Made by a program: the position numbers and the translations under genes
The notes under the pieces: model-generated
Databases searched by the model: none
Told to the model about the DNA's origin: nothing
What the model saw: only the letters and a program-made list of their open reading frames with translations
Source of the DNA: an uncultured Planctomycetota bacterium
Lineage (GTDB): Bacteria > Planctomycetota > Planctomycetia > Gemmatales > Gemmataceae
Direction of reading: 5' to 3'
Length of the DNA stretch: 64,000 bases
Assembly (NCBI GenBank): GCA_963849325.1
Contig: CAWKHF010000006.1
Location: 704,001-768,000, forward strand
Shown: positions 1 to 14,318 of the stretch, one piece after another
Layout: every line of letters starts with the position of its first letter
How positions within the stretch are numbered: position 1 is the first letter of the stretch

Positions 1-96
1 CTGGCCAAGAGCCGAGTCATGGCCCGTCTCCGCGCCGTCATCCGCGAGGTCCAGGGGGAAGAAGAACGAGCGGACCCAACCGAGCCGCGACCGTAA
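1..96 (+). CDS. 3' end of ECF RNA polymerase sigma factor (partial, copy 1)
   Basis: Frame 1 reads LAKSRVMARLRAVIREVQGEEERADPTEPRP*, matching the C-termini of the ECFs at 2885 and 6724 (LAKGRVMARLR / LAKGRVVARLRAVIRDVQG). Confidence 0.85.
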   Translation: MAKSRVMARLRAVIREVQGEEERADPTEPRP

Positions 97-355
97 CAGT
101 AGTTTCAAGGTTGGGTGAGGGGGTAGTTGGCGAAATCGCTTGTATTCTCGGCGTTTTCTTTCGCCCTCGCCCTTGCTGACTCCTCTCCAGCCAGCGCCGA
201 ACTTTCGGCGAGCTCGACTGTTGCAAGTCCTTCAAACAAAGCGGCTTGCAACAACACGCCGAAAGTTCGGCGCTTCAGAACCTTGAAACTACTGGTAAGG
301 GAGCGGGAACAACCGCTCCCTTACGGTCGCGGCTCGGACGGTCGCGGCTCGGACG
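81..355. repeat. REP-like palindrome family A (GAGCCGCGACCGTAAGGGAGCGG...CCGCTCCCTTACGGTCGCGGCTC), split by a MITE
   Basis: The left arm is split between 81-96 and 295-306 and the right arm is at 313-337. A 15-nt tandem duplication ACGGTCGCGGCTCGG sits at 323-337/338-352. Intact copies are at 6512 and 9655. Confidence 0.85.
97..294. mobile_element. 198-bp MITE with 16-bp TIRs and 4-bp target duplication
   Basis: CAGTAGTTTCAAGGTT (97-112) and AACCTTGAAACTACTG (279-294) are perfect inverted repeats. GTAA is duplicated at 93-96 and 295-298. There is an internal 18-bp inverted repeat at 193-210/257-274 and no transposase. Confidence 0.85.
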
Positions 356-412
356 ACAGCAGGGGTTTGGTGCGGTTGCTCGAAGCGTTCTCTTCGCGCC
401 GAGGTTTGACTC

Positions 413-2747
413 ATGAACTCAACAGACTGCCCCGATATCCGCAACTGGCAAGCCCTCCTGGAGGGAGAGTGGACCGAGGTCGAAGGCGAGGGTCTCGCTC
501 ACCACCTGGCAACCTGTAGCGACTGTCAGCACACGCTGGAAGCCCTGGCTGCCGCCCCGGCCGTCTGGGAGGACACCGCCCAGGCTTTGGGGGAGCAACG
601 TCGGAGAGAAGGGCAAGGCCCGGCCCTGCGACAGGTGGTGGAACGGCTGAAGGGGGAGAAACCCACGGCGGGCGAGGAGGATTCTATCGTTCCTTCAGCC
701 CGCGGAGGAGCCGGACCTCCTCGGCCTGCTGGGTCCGTACCGGGTACAGGAGGTGATCGGTCGCGGCGGCATGGGCGTCGTGCTCAAGGCCTTCGACCCG
801 GTACTGCACCGTCTCGTGGCCATCAAGGTGTTGGACCCGGCCCTGGCCGGCAGCGCCACGGCTCGGCGTCGTTTCACTCGGGAGACGCAGGCCGCCGCCG
901 CCGTCTGTCACGATCACGTCGTCGCCGTCTACAGCGTCAGCGAGGCCGGCGGCCTGCCCTACCTGGTCATGCAGTACGTCGCCGGCGAATCGCTGCAAGC
1001 GCGCCTGGACCGCGAAGGACCGCTGGAGGCGGTGGAGATCGTCCGCATCGGCATGCAGACGGCCTCGGGACTGGCGGCGGCCCATGCCCAGGGACTGATC
1101 CATCGGGACATCAAGCCGGCCAACCTGCTGCTGGAGAATGAGGTGGCCCGCGTCAAGATCACCGACTTCGGCCTGGCCCGCATGGCCGACGACATCGGGC
1201 TGACCCAAAACGGCGTGGTGGCGGGCACGCCGGAGTACATGGCGCCGGAACAGGCACGCGGCGAGGTCGTGGACCATCGCGCCGACCTGTTCAGCCTCGG
1301 CAGTGTGCTGTACGCCTGCTGTACCGGCTCGCCGCCCTTTCACGGCTCGACGGCGCTGGCCGTGCTGTCGCCAGGTCAGCGACAAGGAGCCGGTGCCCCT
1401 CCGTTCGCTCAACCCCGACGTGCCGGCCTGGCTGGAAACGTTCATCGCTCGTCTGATGGCGAAAGATCCGGACCAGCGCTTCCAGAGCGCCGCGGAGGCG
1501 GTCGCTTTGCTGGAGGACTATTTGGCGCACTTGCGCCAACCGTTGACGGTGCCGGCTCCGGAATTGCCGACCTGTCTTCGTACCGAAAACTCAGCCGCGT
1601 CGTTCTCCAGCCTGCGGACCTGGACCATAAAGCAGCGGCTGAAATACGCCTGGCTGCCTGTCCTCCTCCTGTGCTTGGGAGGCTTGGGGCTATCGTTTCT
1701 CCCTCTGGCTGAGGTCATTCCGCCGCAACAAGAGCCGCCCGCTGCCGAATCGGGCTTGCGAGAGATCTACCAAGACTTTCGCAAGAGCCAGACGCTGCAT
1801 CCTTCGCTAAAGCTGTGGGGCGCCGAGGACAAGGCGGAGTTGAGCAGGTTCGAAGCCGAGGGCTTCCGGGTGACGTTACCCGCTCATCGGCCGGTCAACT
1901 GGCCGGTGGAGGTAGCGACGACGTTCGCCCTCTCCGGCGACTTCGAGGTCACCGGCACCTACGAATTGCTCTCCGCCACCCGGCCGGACAAGGGCTACGG
2001 GGTTGGCATTACCTTGGATATCGCCGACTCCAGGAATCGCAAGAAGTTTGCCAAGATTGCTCGCTGCCTTCTGCCGAAGAAAGGAAGCGTTTTTCAAAGC
2101 GAATATTGGGTCAATGGTCCCCACCATGACTACCGGCAGAAGACGAAGCCGACCCTGTCGCGGATCGGGAAGCTGCGCGTGGTACGCACGGGGGAGAGCC
2201 TCCGCTGCCTGGCGGCCGACGGGCTTGGCGGCGACTTCCAGGAATTCTTAGCGATAAAGCAATTTGGCAGGGATGTCATGGGCTATGCGCTTCTGGGAGT
2301 CATGGACAGCGGCAGTCCCGGCTTTGCCGTGGACGCTGCGCTTGCTGGACTTCAAGGTCCGCGCCGCCAACTTTGTTCCCAAGCCGGGCGCCACGGAACA
2401 GATTTTGGACTTCGCCACGACGCCGGAGCCAACAGTTAAACCGGCGTCAAGGAAATGGCTGGCGAGCCTGGTAATTATGATTCTGTTGCTTCTCACAGCT
2501 CTCGTAATTGTTTTGGTCGTGCGTCGCCGTCACCATTCCAGCGATTCCCTCCTACCGAGTCCTGCGCACGAAGAAAAAGTGCAGGCGAACACAGCGACGC
2601 CCTTCGTTTCTTTGCCGCTGCTCCTGCTGCGAGAAAACGCTGAAAGTCAAGGCGGAGCTGGTCGGCAAGAAGATCAAATGTCCCCAGTGCGGCCAGACTA
2701 CCGTCGTGCCGTCGCTCAAAACGACCGACTCCGGCGGCGCGAGCTGA
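413..2747 (+). CDS. ZAS zinc-finger + Hanks Ser/Thr kinase + TM + DUF1583-like extracytoplasmic domain + TM + zinc ribbon (kinase 1; indels near 685, 1370, 2340, 2615)
   Basis: [39 protein letters not shown]; two hydrophobic segments; CSCC..CPQCG. Stitched from ORFs 413, 753, 1303, 2264 and 2508. Confidence 0.85.
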
Positions 2748-2835
2748 TGCGACTCCACTCGCCAAGAGCCGTGACGAACTTACCTGCCGTCGTACTATCA
2801 TGGCGGAGCGGGAGGATTTTTTTTTCGTGACGGCC

Positions 2836-2884
2836 GCGATAGATTTCTCCTCCTGCACCGTTCCAGCAGGTGGAGACACCGGGA
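2836..2884 (+). promoter_or_regulatory. Conserved ECF upstream element (GATAGATT, then a stem covering the GGAG ribosome site)
   Basis: Same arrangement upstream of ECF copy 3 at 6675-6723. Function is inferred. Confidence 0.45.
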
Positions 2885-3483
2885 ATGCCCGATGCACCCC
2901 AGACACGGCCGAGCCTTCTTCTCCGGCTGCGCGACTGGCAGGACCAGCAAGCCTGGACGCAGTTCGTGGAGGTGTACGCGCCGTTGATCTACGGCTACCT
3001 GCGCAGCGCGGCTTGCAGGATGCCGACGCCGCCGACCTGACCCAGACCTGTCTGCGTCAGGTGGCCGCCCACGTCGGAAGCCTGGAGTACGACCCACGCC
3101 GCGATACCTTTCGCGGCTGGTTGTTCACCATCGTCCGCAACAAGCTGCGCGATTTCCACGACCGGCCGCATCGGCTGTACCAGGGCAGCGGCGATTCTCG
3201 GGTGCAGCGCTTGCTGGAAAACACGACGGCCCCCGAAGCGGACGAGACCGGCGAATGGGAGCGCGAGTACCAGGCCGGCCTGTTCGCCTGGGCCGCCGAG
3301 CAGGTTCGTCCGCAGGTCCAGGAAACGACCTGGCAAGCCTTCTGGCAAACGGCGGTGGAAGGGAAGAGCGGCAAGGAAGTGGCCCGAAGTCTCGGAGTGA
3401 CGACCGCCGCGGTCTACCTGGCCAAGGGCCGGGTCATGGCCCGTCTGCGGAGCTTGGTCCGCGAGGTGCATGAAGAAGAATAA
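2885..3483 (+). CDS. ECF sigma-70 factor (copy 2; one indel near 3005)
   Basis: MPDAPQTRPSLLLRLRDWQDQQAWTQFVEVYAPLI...DAADLTQ...TFRGWLFTIVRN...TWQAFW...EVARSLG..AVYLAKGRV. Confidence 0.9.
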
Positions 3484-3504
3484 CGCCTTTCAGAGACCTC
3501 TTTT

Positions 3505-6511
<3,007 letters not shown>

Positions 6512-6528
<17 letters not shown>

Positions 6529-6570
6529 GAGAGTGGTGCAGACACCCACTCCCTTACGGTCGCGGCTCGG
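6512..6570. repeat. REP-like palindrome family A (supplies the stop codon of kinase 2)
   Basis: CCGAGCCGCGACCGTAAG...CTTACGGTCGCGGCTCGG. Confidence 0.85.
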
Positions 6571-6674
6571 AAAGAAGGTTCGGTGACGTAGACCGGAGCG
6601 AGCAGCCGACCGCATCTCCGCCGATCCCGAGACAGACGACCGCACGCGAAAGCGTCGCTTTTTCGCCGATCGGC

Positions 6675-6723
6675 GTGATAGATTATCCACTCTGCCCGGT
6701 AAGATAGAGTGGAGAACCCGGGA
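6675..6723 (+). promoter_or_regulatory. Conserved ECF upstream element (second copy)
   Basis: GATAGATT at 6677-6684; TCCACTCT/AGAGTGGA stem overlapping GGAG. Confidence 0.45.
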
Positions 6724-7356
6724 ATGCCCCCAGAGCCTGCAACACGGCCGAGCTTGCTCGTGCGGCTGCGCGATCACCGGGACAACCAGGCCTGGGGCGA
6801 ATTCGTGGAACTGTATGCCCCGCTGATCTATGCCTACGTCCGCAAGCGCGGCCTGCAGGACGCCGACGCCGCCGACCTGACCCAGAACTGCCTGCGACAA
6901 GTGGCGGCCCACGTCGGACGCCTGGACTACGATCCACGACGCGGTAGCTTCCGCGCCTGGCTGTTCACTATCGTCCGCAACCAATGCCGCAACTTCCAGC
7001 AGCAGCCACGGCGGCTGCATCAGGGCAGCGGCGATCCCAACGTGCAACGCCTGCTGGAACTCCAGCCGGCCAGCGAGCCGGAGGACAAGGCCCAATGGGA
7101 GCACGAGTACCGTCTTCGCCTACTGGCCTGGGCCGCGGAGCAGGTTCGCCCCCAGGTCCAGGAAACGACCTGGCAAGCATTCTGGCAGACGACGGTGGAG
7201 GGCAAAAGCGGCAAGGAAGTGGCCCAAACCCTGGGCTTGACCACCGCCGCCGTCTACCTGGCCAAGGGCCGCGTCGTGGCCCGTCTTCGCGCCGTCATCC
7301 GCGACGTCCAGGGCGACGAAGAAACGTTCTCTTTCCTGCGAAGGTGGGACGCATGA
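6724..7356 (+). CDS. ECF sigma-70 factor (copy 3)
   Basis: Intact; TRPSLLVRLRD, AWGEFVELY, GSFRAWLFTI and a region-4 HTH. ATGA overlap with the next kinase. Confidence 0.93.
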   Translation: MPPEPATRPSLLVRLRDHRDNQAWGEFVELYAPLIYAYVRKRGLQDADAADLTQNCLRQVAAHVGRLDYDPRRGSFRAWLFTIVRNQCRNFQQQPRRLHQGSGDPNVQRLLELQPASEPEDKAQWEHEYRLRLLAWAAEQVRPQVQETTWQAFWQTTVEGKSGKEVAQTLGLTTAAVYLAKGRVVARLRAVIRDVQGDEETFSFLRRWDA

Positions 7357-9672
7357 GCCGGATCGATTGTCCTCCGCTGGGCAACTGGCAAGCTCTCCTG
7401 GAGGGAGACCGCAGCGAGTACGAGATCGAGGGTCTGGCGCACCACCTGGAAATCTGTGGCGATTGTCGGCAGACGCTGGAGTCTTTGGCCGTCGCTCCGG
7501 CGTTGTGGGAGGATACTGCCCGCGCCTTGGGAGAGCAACGACGGCAAGCCCATCCGGAGCCGGCCCTGCGTGACGTGGTGGAGAGGCTCAAGGACGAGGA
7601 CTTTTCGAACGTCCGAAGCGGACCTGTCGTTCCTTCAGCCGGCGGACGACCCCAATCTCCTGGGTCTGCTGGGTTCGTACCAGGTACGGGAAGTGATCGG
7701 TCGCGGCGGCATGGGGGTGGTGCTCCAGGCTTTCGATCCGGAATTGCACCGTCTCGTCGCCATCAAGGTGCTGGACCCGGCCCTGGCCGGCAGCGCCACG
7801 GCTCGGCGTCGTTTCACTCGGGAGACGCAGGCCGCCGCCGCCGTCTGTCACGATCACGTCGTCGCCGTCCACGGCGTCAGCGAGGCCGGCGGCCTGCCCT
7901 ACCTGGTCATGCAGTACGTTGCCGGCGAATCGCTGCAAGCGCGGCTGGACCGCGAAGGTCCGCTGGAAGCGGCCGAGGTGGTGCGTATCGGTATGCAGAC
8001 GGCCTCGGGACTGGCGGCGGCGCACGCTCAGGGGCTGATTCACCGCGACATTAAGCCGGCCAACCTGCTGCTGGAGAACGGCCTGATCCGCGTCAAGATC
8101 ACCGACTTTGGCCTGGCCCGCATGAGCGATGACGTGGGACTGACACAGAATGGTGTGGTGGCGGGTACGCCGGAGTACATGGCTCCGGAGCAGGCCCGTG
8201 GAGAAGTGGTGGACCATCGCGCCGACCTGTTCAGCCTGGGCAGTGTGTTGTACGCCTGCTGCACCGGCCGGCCGCCCTTCCGTGGTTCGACGGCGCTGGC
8301 CGTCCTCGCGCGGGTCAGCACGGAGGAGCCGACGCCCCTCCGTTCGCTCAACCCCGACGTACCGGCCTGGCTGGAGGCGTTCATTGCCCGCCTGATGACG
8401 AAAGACCCGGCCCAGCGCTTCCCGAACGCCGCCGAGGCAGCGGCATTGTTGGAGGGCTATCTCGCGCACTTGCGACAACCGACCACCGTTTCCGTCCCGA
8501 AACTGTCCCCTCCTCTCGCCAACGCTGGTTCCCGGTCCTTGCCGCATGGCGTCGTCGAATACTTTCGCCAACATCGTTGGCTGACGGGGCTGGTTTTGTT
8601 TATCCTTCTGGGACTGGGGATGGCTTTGTGGTTCACAGCAGGTAGGGGTGCGGCGGATCCCAACGCCGGGAACGCTAGGGTGGACGCGGCCGCCCCGAAA
8701 TTACGGGTCAGGTTCCATCAAGACCTTCGCTCCGCCGACCTGAACAATTCCATCTTGCGATCGATGGGTGAAGGGATACGGTTTGAAGCTGCGGGCACGC
8801 GGATTACGCTGCCCGCCGGAGTGGTTGGGACACCTCCTGCCGGTCTCGTCACCAATGCCAAAGTCCACGGCGATTTCGAGATTACCGTCTCGTTCGAGAT
8901 CTTGAAGGCAGACCGGCCGCCAACCGGCTTCGGCGTTGGTGTAAGCCTTTACGCCGCGATCAATCCTGACGCGAACAACGCGGTCTCCCTGGCGCATCGC
9001 CTCATGCCCGACGGCAAGACCGTTTTTATCTCGAATCGGATGACGCCCGCGAAGGATGGGCTGAAACACCATGTCCAAACATTGCCGTCCACAGAAGCGA
9101 TAGGCAAGCTTCGCCTCCAGCGTGTGGGTTCGAGACTTCGTTTCCTCGTCGCCGACGGCAATCATTCGGATTTCGTCCAGGTTGACGAGGTGGAGTTCAG
9201 TCCGGAGGACGTGCGTTACGTCCAGTTCGGCGGCAACACGGGCGGATCGGCGAGCGGCCTCGACCTCCGCCTGCTCGACTTCACGCTTCGAGCGGAGAAG
9301 TTGGCGGATACGGGGGATTTCTCGCCGGACATGGCCGCCGCTGTCTCGCCGATGGCCAGGTCGAAAAAATGGTTGATCGCGCTGGCCCTCTGCATTGGGA
9401 TCTTCCTCTCGTCGGGTGCGCTGGGGTGGTGGCTCATGGTACGGCGTCGTCGCGTCGCTGAGGAGCGCATCAGCGCGGCCGTTGCCGACCAGCAGGAAGC
9501 AACCTCCGCCGCCGCGCCTCCCCTGTCCTTTCCTTGTTCCGCTTGCGGGAAGCGCCTCAAGGTCAAGGCGGAACTATCCGGCAAGAAGGTCAAGTGTCCT
9601 CAGTGCGGCAAGGTGGGGGCCGTCCCGGCGGCCGACACGTACAGGGCGGAAAAACCGGAGCCGCAACCGTAA
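7353..9672 (+). CDS. ZAS + Ser/Thr kinase + TM + DUF1583-like domain + TM + zinc ribbon (kinase 3; indel near 7610)
   Basis: [25 protein letters not shown] joins ORF 7456, which carries the Hanks motifs and the C-terminal CSAC..CPQC. Confidence 0.9.
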
Positions 9673-9713
9673 GGGAGCGGGGCGTTCTCCGCTGCCTTAC
9701 GGTCGCGGATCGG
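9655..9713. repeat. REP-like palindrome family A (supplies the stop codon of kinase 3)
   Basis: GAGCCGCAACCGTAAGGGAGCGG...CCGCTGCCTTACGGTCGCGGATC. Confidence 0.8.
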
Positions 9714-9736
9714 ATTTGTTTGACGCTGAGGTGTCC

Positions 9737-11146
9737 ATGAAGGAGCAGCCGAGTACCCCTCCTCCGATGCGGAGATTTCCGTTCTTCACAGCCCTTGTGC
9801 TGGGCAGCGGCGTGATCGCCTGTTCGCTCTACGCGAACCTCTCGTTCGCGGTCCACAACAAGGCCAACTATCGTTTTTTCCCGCCGTTTGAGAGATACGT
9901 CAACGCCAATAATAACCGCCACCTGGGGGCGGAGTATTTCAAAATCGCCCAGTCGATGGTCCGCGGCCAGGGCTTCGCCAACCCGTTCGGCCCGGCGACT
10001 GGCCCGACGGCCTGGATGCCGCCGCTGCTGCCCACTCTCCTGGCCGCTCTGCTGTGGGCGTGCGACGGTGATCGCGATGCCGTCATGGCCGTCGTCATCT
10101 TCTTGCAGGTCGTCGTCCTGGTCGGGACTGGCCTCCTGGTCCTCGCCCTGGCGCGGCAGACGAGCCGGCGGCTCGGAGCGATCGTGGCGGCCGCAGTCTT
10201 CTTCGTTGCACTGCTGAGCCATTTTCACCAATGTTTCCAGTTCACCCACGACAGCTGGCTGGTGCTGTTGGCCATCGACCTGGTGATCGCCGGGCTGTGC
10301 ATGTTCGAGCCGCTGCACGGCTGGAAGGCGGCCGCCGGCTGGGGGCTGGTCGGAGGCTTCTGCGCCCTGGTCAACCCCGTCGTCGCCTTCGCCTGGGGAA
10401 TGTCCTCCGTGGCGGCGGCGTTTCCGCGGCGGGCCTGGTCTCGACTCGCCCTGGCCGTGCTGATCGCCGGGCTGACGTTGACGCCGTGGACCGTGCGCAA
10501 CTATCTGGTCTTCGGCCGACTGATCCCGGTCAAGTCGAACGCGGCGTATGAACTGTATCAATCGCAGTGTTTGCAACGCGACGGGCTGATCCATCACACC
10601 ACCTTCGCCACCCATCCCAATTCCTCGGCCGGCCGGGAGCGCCGGGAGTACAAGGCGCTCGGCGAGATCGCCTTCCTGGATCGCAAGGGGGAGCAGTTTC
10701 GCCAGGCGGTCTGGGCCGACCCTCTCGATTTTCTCGACCGCGCCGCCTGCCGTTTCCTGGGTGCGACGCTGTGGTACGAACCGTTCAACCCGGTCGCGGA
10801 GTCCAAGCACCCGTGGAGCCTCTGGTTCAGTCGTTTGACCCATCCCCTGCCGTTCCTCGGCTTGCTGGTCCTGCTCATCGCCGGCATATGGCATCCCCTC
10901 CATCGATGGCAGTGGATCATAATCGGGATCTATCTGTTCTACCTGCTACCGTATGCCGCCATCAGCTACTACGAGCGCTATGGCCTGCCGCTGCTCGGGG
11001 CGAAGGTGTTGCTAGTGATCTGGGCGGCCGACCGATGCGCCGCTGGCGTCTTCGCGCTCAGCCGCAAGTGGCGCGGAGGCGCGGCCCGTCCCGTAACCTC
11101 CAAGCGACGCCCCGGCGGGGTCCGCCCGCGCCTGGTGGAGAAAATC
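9737..11146 (+). CDS. Multi-pass membrane protein, ArnT/PMT (GT-C)-like; reads in frame into the downstream DUF1559 gene
   Basis: [49 protein letters not shown] and many TM segments. Confidence 0.65.
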
Positions 11147-12100
11147 ATGCCTGCATCGCCTCCGTCGCCCGGACCCTGCCGCCAGGCCTTCACCCTAATC
11201 GAACTCGTCGTCGTCCTCGCCATCGCCGCCGTGCTGCTGGCGCTGTTGCTGCCGGCCGTGCAACAGGCGCGCGAAGCGGCCGTGCGCATTCGCTGCGCCA
11301 ACAACTTGAAACAAATCGGACTGGCCTTGCACCAATTCCACGACATCAACCACGTCTTCCCCAGCAACGGCGGTTGGGACGGTAAGCAGACGATCTTGTC
11401 CGCGACCGGGACGTCGTTCACGCCCTCGACCACGGATTACATCACGGGCCAGACTTACCAGTGGGGCATCGGCGATCCCCTTCTCTCGCCCCGAGAGCAG
11501 ACCGGCAGCTGGGCCTTCAGTCTGTTGCCGTATGTCGAGCAAGGCGCGATGTTCAGCCAGCGCGTCTGGACGAGCGGGGTCGAGGTGTACGTCTGCCCGG
11601 CCCGTCGTTCGGCAACCGCGCAGCCGGTGGCCGATGACGCCTACGGACAATACCAGGGCGGCGGCTGGACCTGGGGCAAGACCGACTACGCGGTGAGCCT
11701 GCTCGCGTTCGACAACCGCCCCGACTGCACCAGCATGGCCATCATCACCGACGGACTCTCCAACACCATCCTGATCGGCGAGAAGGCGTTCAATCCTCGG
11801 GTGGAGCAACCGCAGAGTTGGTACTGGGACGAACCCTTTTTCCTGGGCGGCTCCAAGTCCACCTCACGCGGCGGGCTGGGGCTGCTGCGCGACGGCCCGG
11901 GCCGCTGGCTGCAGGACGGCGTCTGGCAGGGCCACTGGGAAGACAATCCCTTCAAGGAGAACTGGGGTTCTCCCCACACTGGCGGCGTCCAGTTCCTCTT
12001 TGGCGACGGGGCCGTCCATCTGCTCCCTCGCACCACGGACCAGGCCACCTTCGCCGCCCTCTTGACCCCGGACGGCGGGGAGGCGGTCTTTCTGCCATGA
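11147..12100 (+). CDS. DUF1559 (SBP_bac_10) prepilin-type protein
   Basis: [65 protein letters not shown]. Has its own GGAG-ATG at 11147. Confidence 0.9.
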   Translation: MPASPPSPGPCRQAFTLIELVVVLAIAAVLLALLLPAVQQAREAAVRIRCANNLKQIGLALHQFHDINHVFPSNGGWDGKQTILSATGTSFTPSTTDYITGQTYQWGIGDPLLSPREQTGSWAFSLLPYVEQGAMFSQRVWTSGVEVYVCPARRSATAQPVADDAYGQYQGGGWTWGKTDYAVSLLAFDNRPDCTSMAIITDGLSNTILIGEKAFNPRVEQPQSWYWDEPFFLGGSKSTSRGGLGLLRDGPGRWLQDGVWQGHWEDNPFKENWGSPHTGGVQFLFGDGAVHLLPRTTDQATFAALLTPDGGEAVFLP

Positions 12101-12909
12101 AGCCGCCGGTACGCCTCACCGTGCTGATGGTCCTCGCCCTCCTCGCTCCTCGAAGCAAAGCGTCCGAGATGAAGGACGAGCTGAAAGTGGAACCCTCGAA
12201 CTTCAGCGTGCTGCGAGTGCGGTTTGGCACCTACGGCTATCGGCCCCGGCAAGCGATCTTCCTGGAGACGGTCGGCCTTCGCTTCCGGCTGCCCGGCGGC
12301 GTCACCGGCGTTCCCCAGACGGGCCTCTACTCCTTTTTCGCCCTGGCCGGCGATTGCGAAGTGACGCTCACTTACGATCTGCTCAACGTCCCGCCTCCGC
12401 AGGGGGGCTACGGCAGCGGTGTGGGGCTGGCCTTCAACGTCGGTGGCGGGGTCGGCCGAGGCGCCATCCAGCGCGTGTCTCGGCTGACGGAAGGGAGCGG
12501 TTACGTCGTGCAGACCGCTCCGGGCGAGTTTGGAGGGAAAATGAAGGAGGTGGATCGATTCGTGCCGGCGGCATCTCGGCAAGGGCGAATCGGTTTACGT
12601 CGCATCAAGAACGAGTTGATCTTTCTGAGCGCGGATTCCCCGACCGAGCCGCTCCAGGAGGTCGATCGCCTGCCGTTCACCGACCGACCGATCCGCGCCG
12701 TGCGGGTGTTCGCCGATCCCGGCGGCTCGCCGACGGCCCTCGACGTGCAGGTGAGACAGATCGAGGTTCGGGCCGAAGAGATCGCGTCCGGCGTTCCCCA
12801 GAGCGAGCAGAGAGGATCGGGTTGGGGATGGTTGTGGATCATCGTGCCCCTGGCCGGCGGCGTGCTCGTGTTCTGGGCCTGGCGAACACACCGGCGCGGA
12901 CAATCATAG
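12097..12909 (+). CDS. Stand-alone DUF1583-like domain protein with signal peptide and C-terminal TM anchor
   Basis: ATGA overlap with the upstream gene. [24 protein letters not shown] and [14 protein letters not shown] align with the kinase extracytoplasmic domains. Confidence 0.8.
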   Translation: MKPPVRLTVLMVLALLAPRSKASEMKDELKVEPSNFSVLRVRFGTYGYRPRQAIFLETVGLRFRLPGGVTGVPQTGLYSFFALAGDCEVTLTYDLLNVPPPQGGYGSGVGLAFNVGGGVGRGAIQRVSRLTEGSGYVVQTAPGEFGGKMKEVDRFVPAASRQGRIGLRRIKNELIFLSADSPTEPLQEVDRLPFTDRPIRAVRVFADPGGSPTALDVQVRQIEVRAEEIASGVPQSEQRGSGWGWLWIIVPLAGGVLVFWAWRTHRRGQS

Positions 12910-12995
12910 TAAGGGGACTATCGGTGTTAGGCTTGTGGGTGAGAATCCGATTCGGATCGATGCCCACTCTTGTCTGCCGCGGAGGAGATGGTGCG

Positions 12996-14096
12996 ATGCA
13001 GCGACGCTCGTTTCTTGGGACGGCCCTGGCCGTTGCAACCGCTTCCCCCTTGTGGGCCGCCCTGTGCCGGGAGCGGTGGGATGACGCGGCCGAAGTGCTC
13101 CAGCGGGCCACGGCGGACAAGCAAGTGGATGCCGCCGTGCTGCACGTGGCTCAACGAGACGAGTCGTTCACACGTCACTTCGGCAAGGCGGCCTCGGACG
13201 ACGCGATGTTCTTGCTCGGCTCCATTTCCAAGCCGATCAACGTCACCGCGGTCATGACTCTGTTTGATCGGGGAGAGTTCCGGCTCGATGACCGCGTGAA
13301 AAAGTTCCTGCCCGACTTCACGGGCGAGGGCCGGGACAAGGTGACGATTCGCCACCTGCTGACGCACGTCTCCGGCTTGCCCGATCAGGTGGCCAACAAC
13401 AACGAGCTGCGCAAGAAGCATGCGCCGCTGACGGAGTTCGTCAAAGAGGTCCTGCGCACGCGCCTCGATTTTGCCCCCGGCGCCCGCTATCAGTACTCGA
13501 GCATGGGGATCTTGCTGGCCGCGCGGATGGCGGAGCTGATCCGTGGGTCGGACATTCGCACGCTCGTTGATCGCAGGGTCTTTCAGCCCCTGGGCATGAA
13601 GCACTCCGCGCAGGGACTGGGACGGTTCAAGTTGGAAGAGATGGTCGTGTGCCAGATGGAAGGCGCCGCGCCCGAATCGGGGAGCGGTGATCCGCAGGCC
13701 AGGGAGTGGAACTGGAACAGTCCCTACTGGCGGAAGCTGGGCGCTCCCTGGGGAGGAACGCACGCTTCCGCGCCGGACATCGCCCGGTTTCTCGGCGAGT
13801 TCCTGGGGGCCCGCGGAAAAGCCATCAAGCCCGAAACGGCGCGGCTGATGATCCGGAACCACAATCCGGAAGGGTTCACACCGCGAGGGCTGGGATTTGC
13901 CGTCGGCAAAGAGTCGGGCAGTCCCGGCTGTTCGGAGCAAACCTTCGGCCACACCGGCTCCACGGGCACGCTCTGCTGGGCCGACCCCGCCAGCGAAACC
14001 ATTTGCGTCGTGCTCACGTCGCTGCCGCGCCGCGCGGCGAAGCGCCATCCGCGTGAACTCGCGGCCGAGCGCGTCGCCGCGGCAGCCCGCCGTTGA
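12996..14096 (+). CDS. Serine hydrolase, class C beta-lactamase family, Tat signal
   Basis: QRRSFLG; SISK (SxxK), LLTHVSG, YQYSS, FGHTG. Confidence 0.9.
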   Translation: MQRRSFLGTALAVATASPLWAALCRERWDDAAEVLQRATADKQVDAAVLHVAQRDESFTRHFGKAASDDAMFLLGSISKPINVTAVMTLFDRGEFRLDDRVKKFLPDFTGEGRDKVTIRHLLTHVSGLPDQVANNNELRKKHAPLTEFVKEVLRTRLDFAPGARYQYSSMGILLAARMAELIRGSDIRTLVDRRVFQPLGMKHSAQGLGRFKLEEMVVCQMEGAAPESGSGDPQAREWNWNSPYWRKLGAPWGGTHASAPDIARFLGEFLGARGKAIKPETARLMIRNHNPEGFTPRGLGFAVGKESGSPGCSEQTFGHTGSTGTLCWADPASETICVVLTSLPRRAAKRHPRELAAERVAAAARR

Positions 14097-14113
14097 GAGC
14101 CACTAACTTTATG

Positions 14114-14185
14114 GGCGAACGGCCGGCGTCAGCCGGCTGGTAAAGGCTGCAACCAGCCGGCTGACGCCGGCCGTTCGCCTTTTTG
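14114..14185. repeat. REP-like palindrome family B followed by a T-run (possible terminator)
   Basis: GGCGAACGGCCGGCGTCAGCCGGCTGGT / ACCAGCCGGCTGACGCCGGCCGTTCGCC, then TTTTTT. Other copies at 36153 and 52194. Confidence 0.85.
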
Positions 14186-14318
14186 TTAGAGCCTCTGAGC
14201 ACCGGGGGAGATCGCGAAATCGTCGAGCGAGGCCGGGGAGTCCTCCGAGACAGCGACTTGAGGTGTCCAAGTCGAATCCCTGATTCTCGAAGTACAAGTG
14301 GTCCGCAGGGCGTCCTCG

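Noticed and set aside
127-519. 130-aa ORF with a signal-like start
   Set aside because: It runs through the MITE and REP (PLPYGRGS is a REP translation) and overlaps kinase 1 out of frame.
12996-14096. Antibiotic-resistance beta-lactamase
   Set aside because: The motifs fit the broad serine hydrolase/esterase family; nothing indicates resistance function.
14186-14318. Possible IS/MITE end TAGAGCCTCT
   Set aside because: No matching inverted end or target duplication found nearby.
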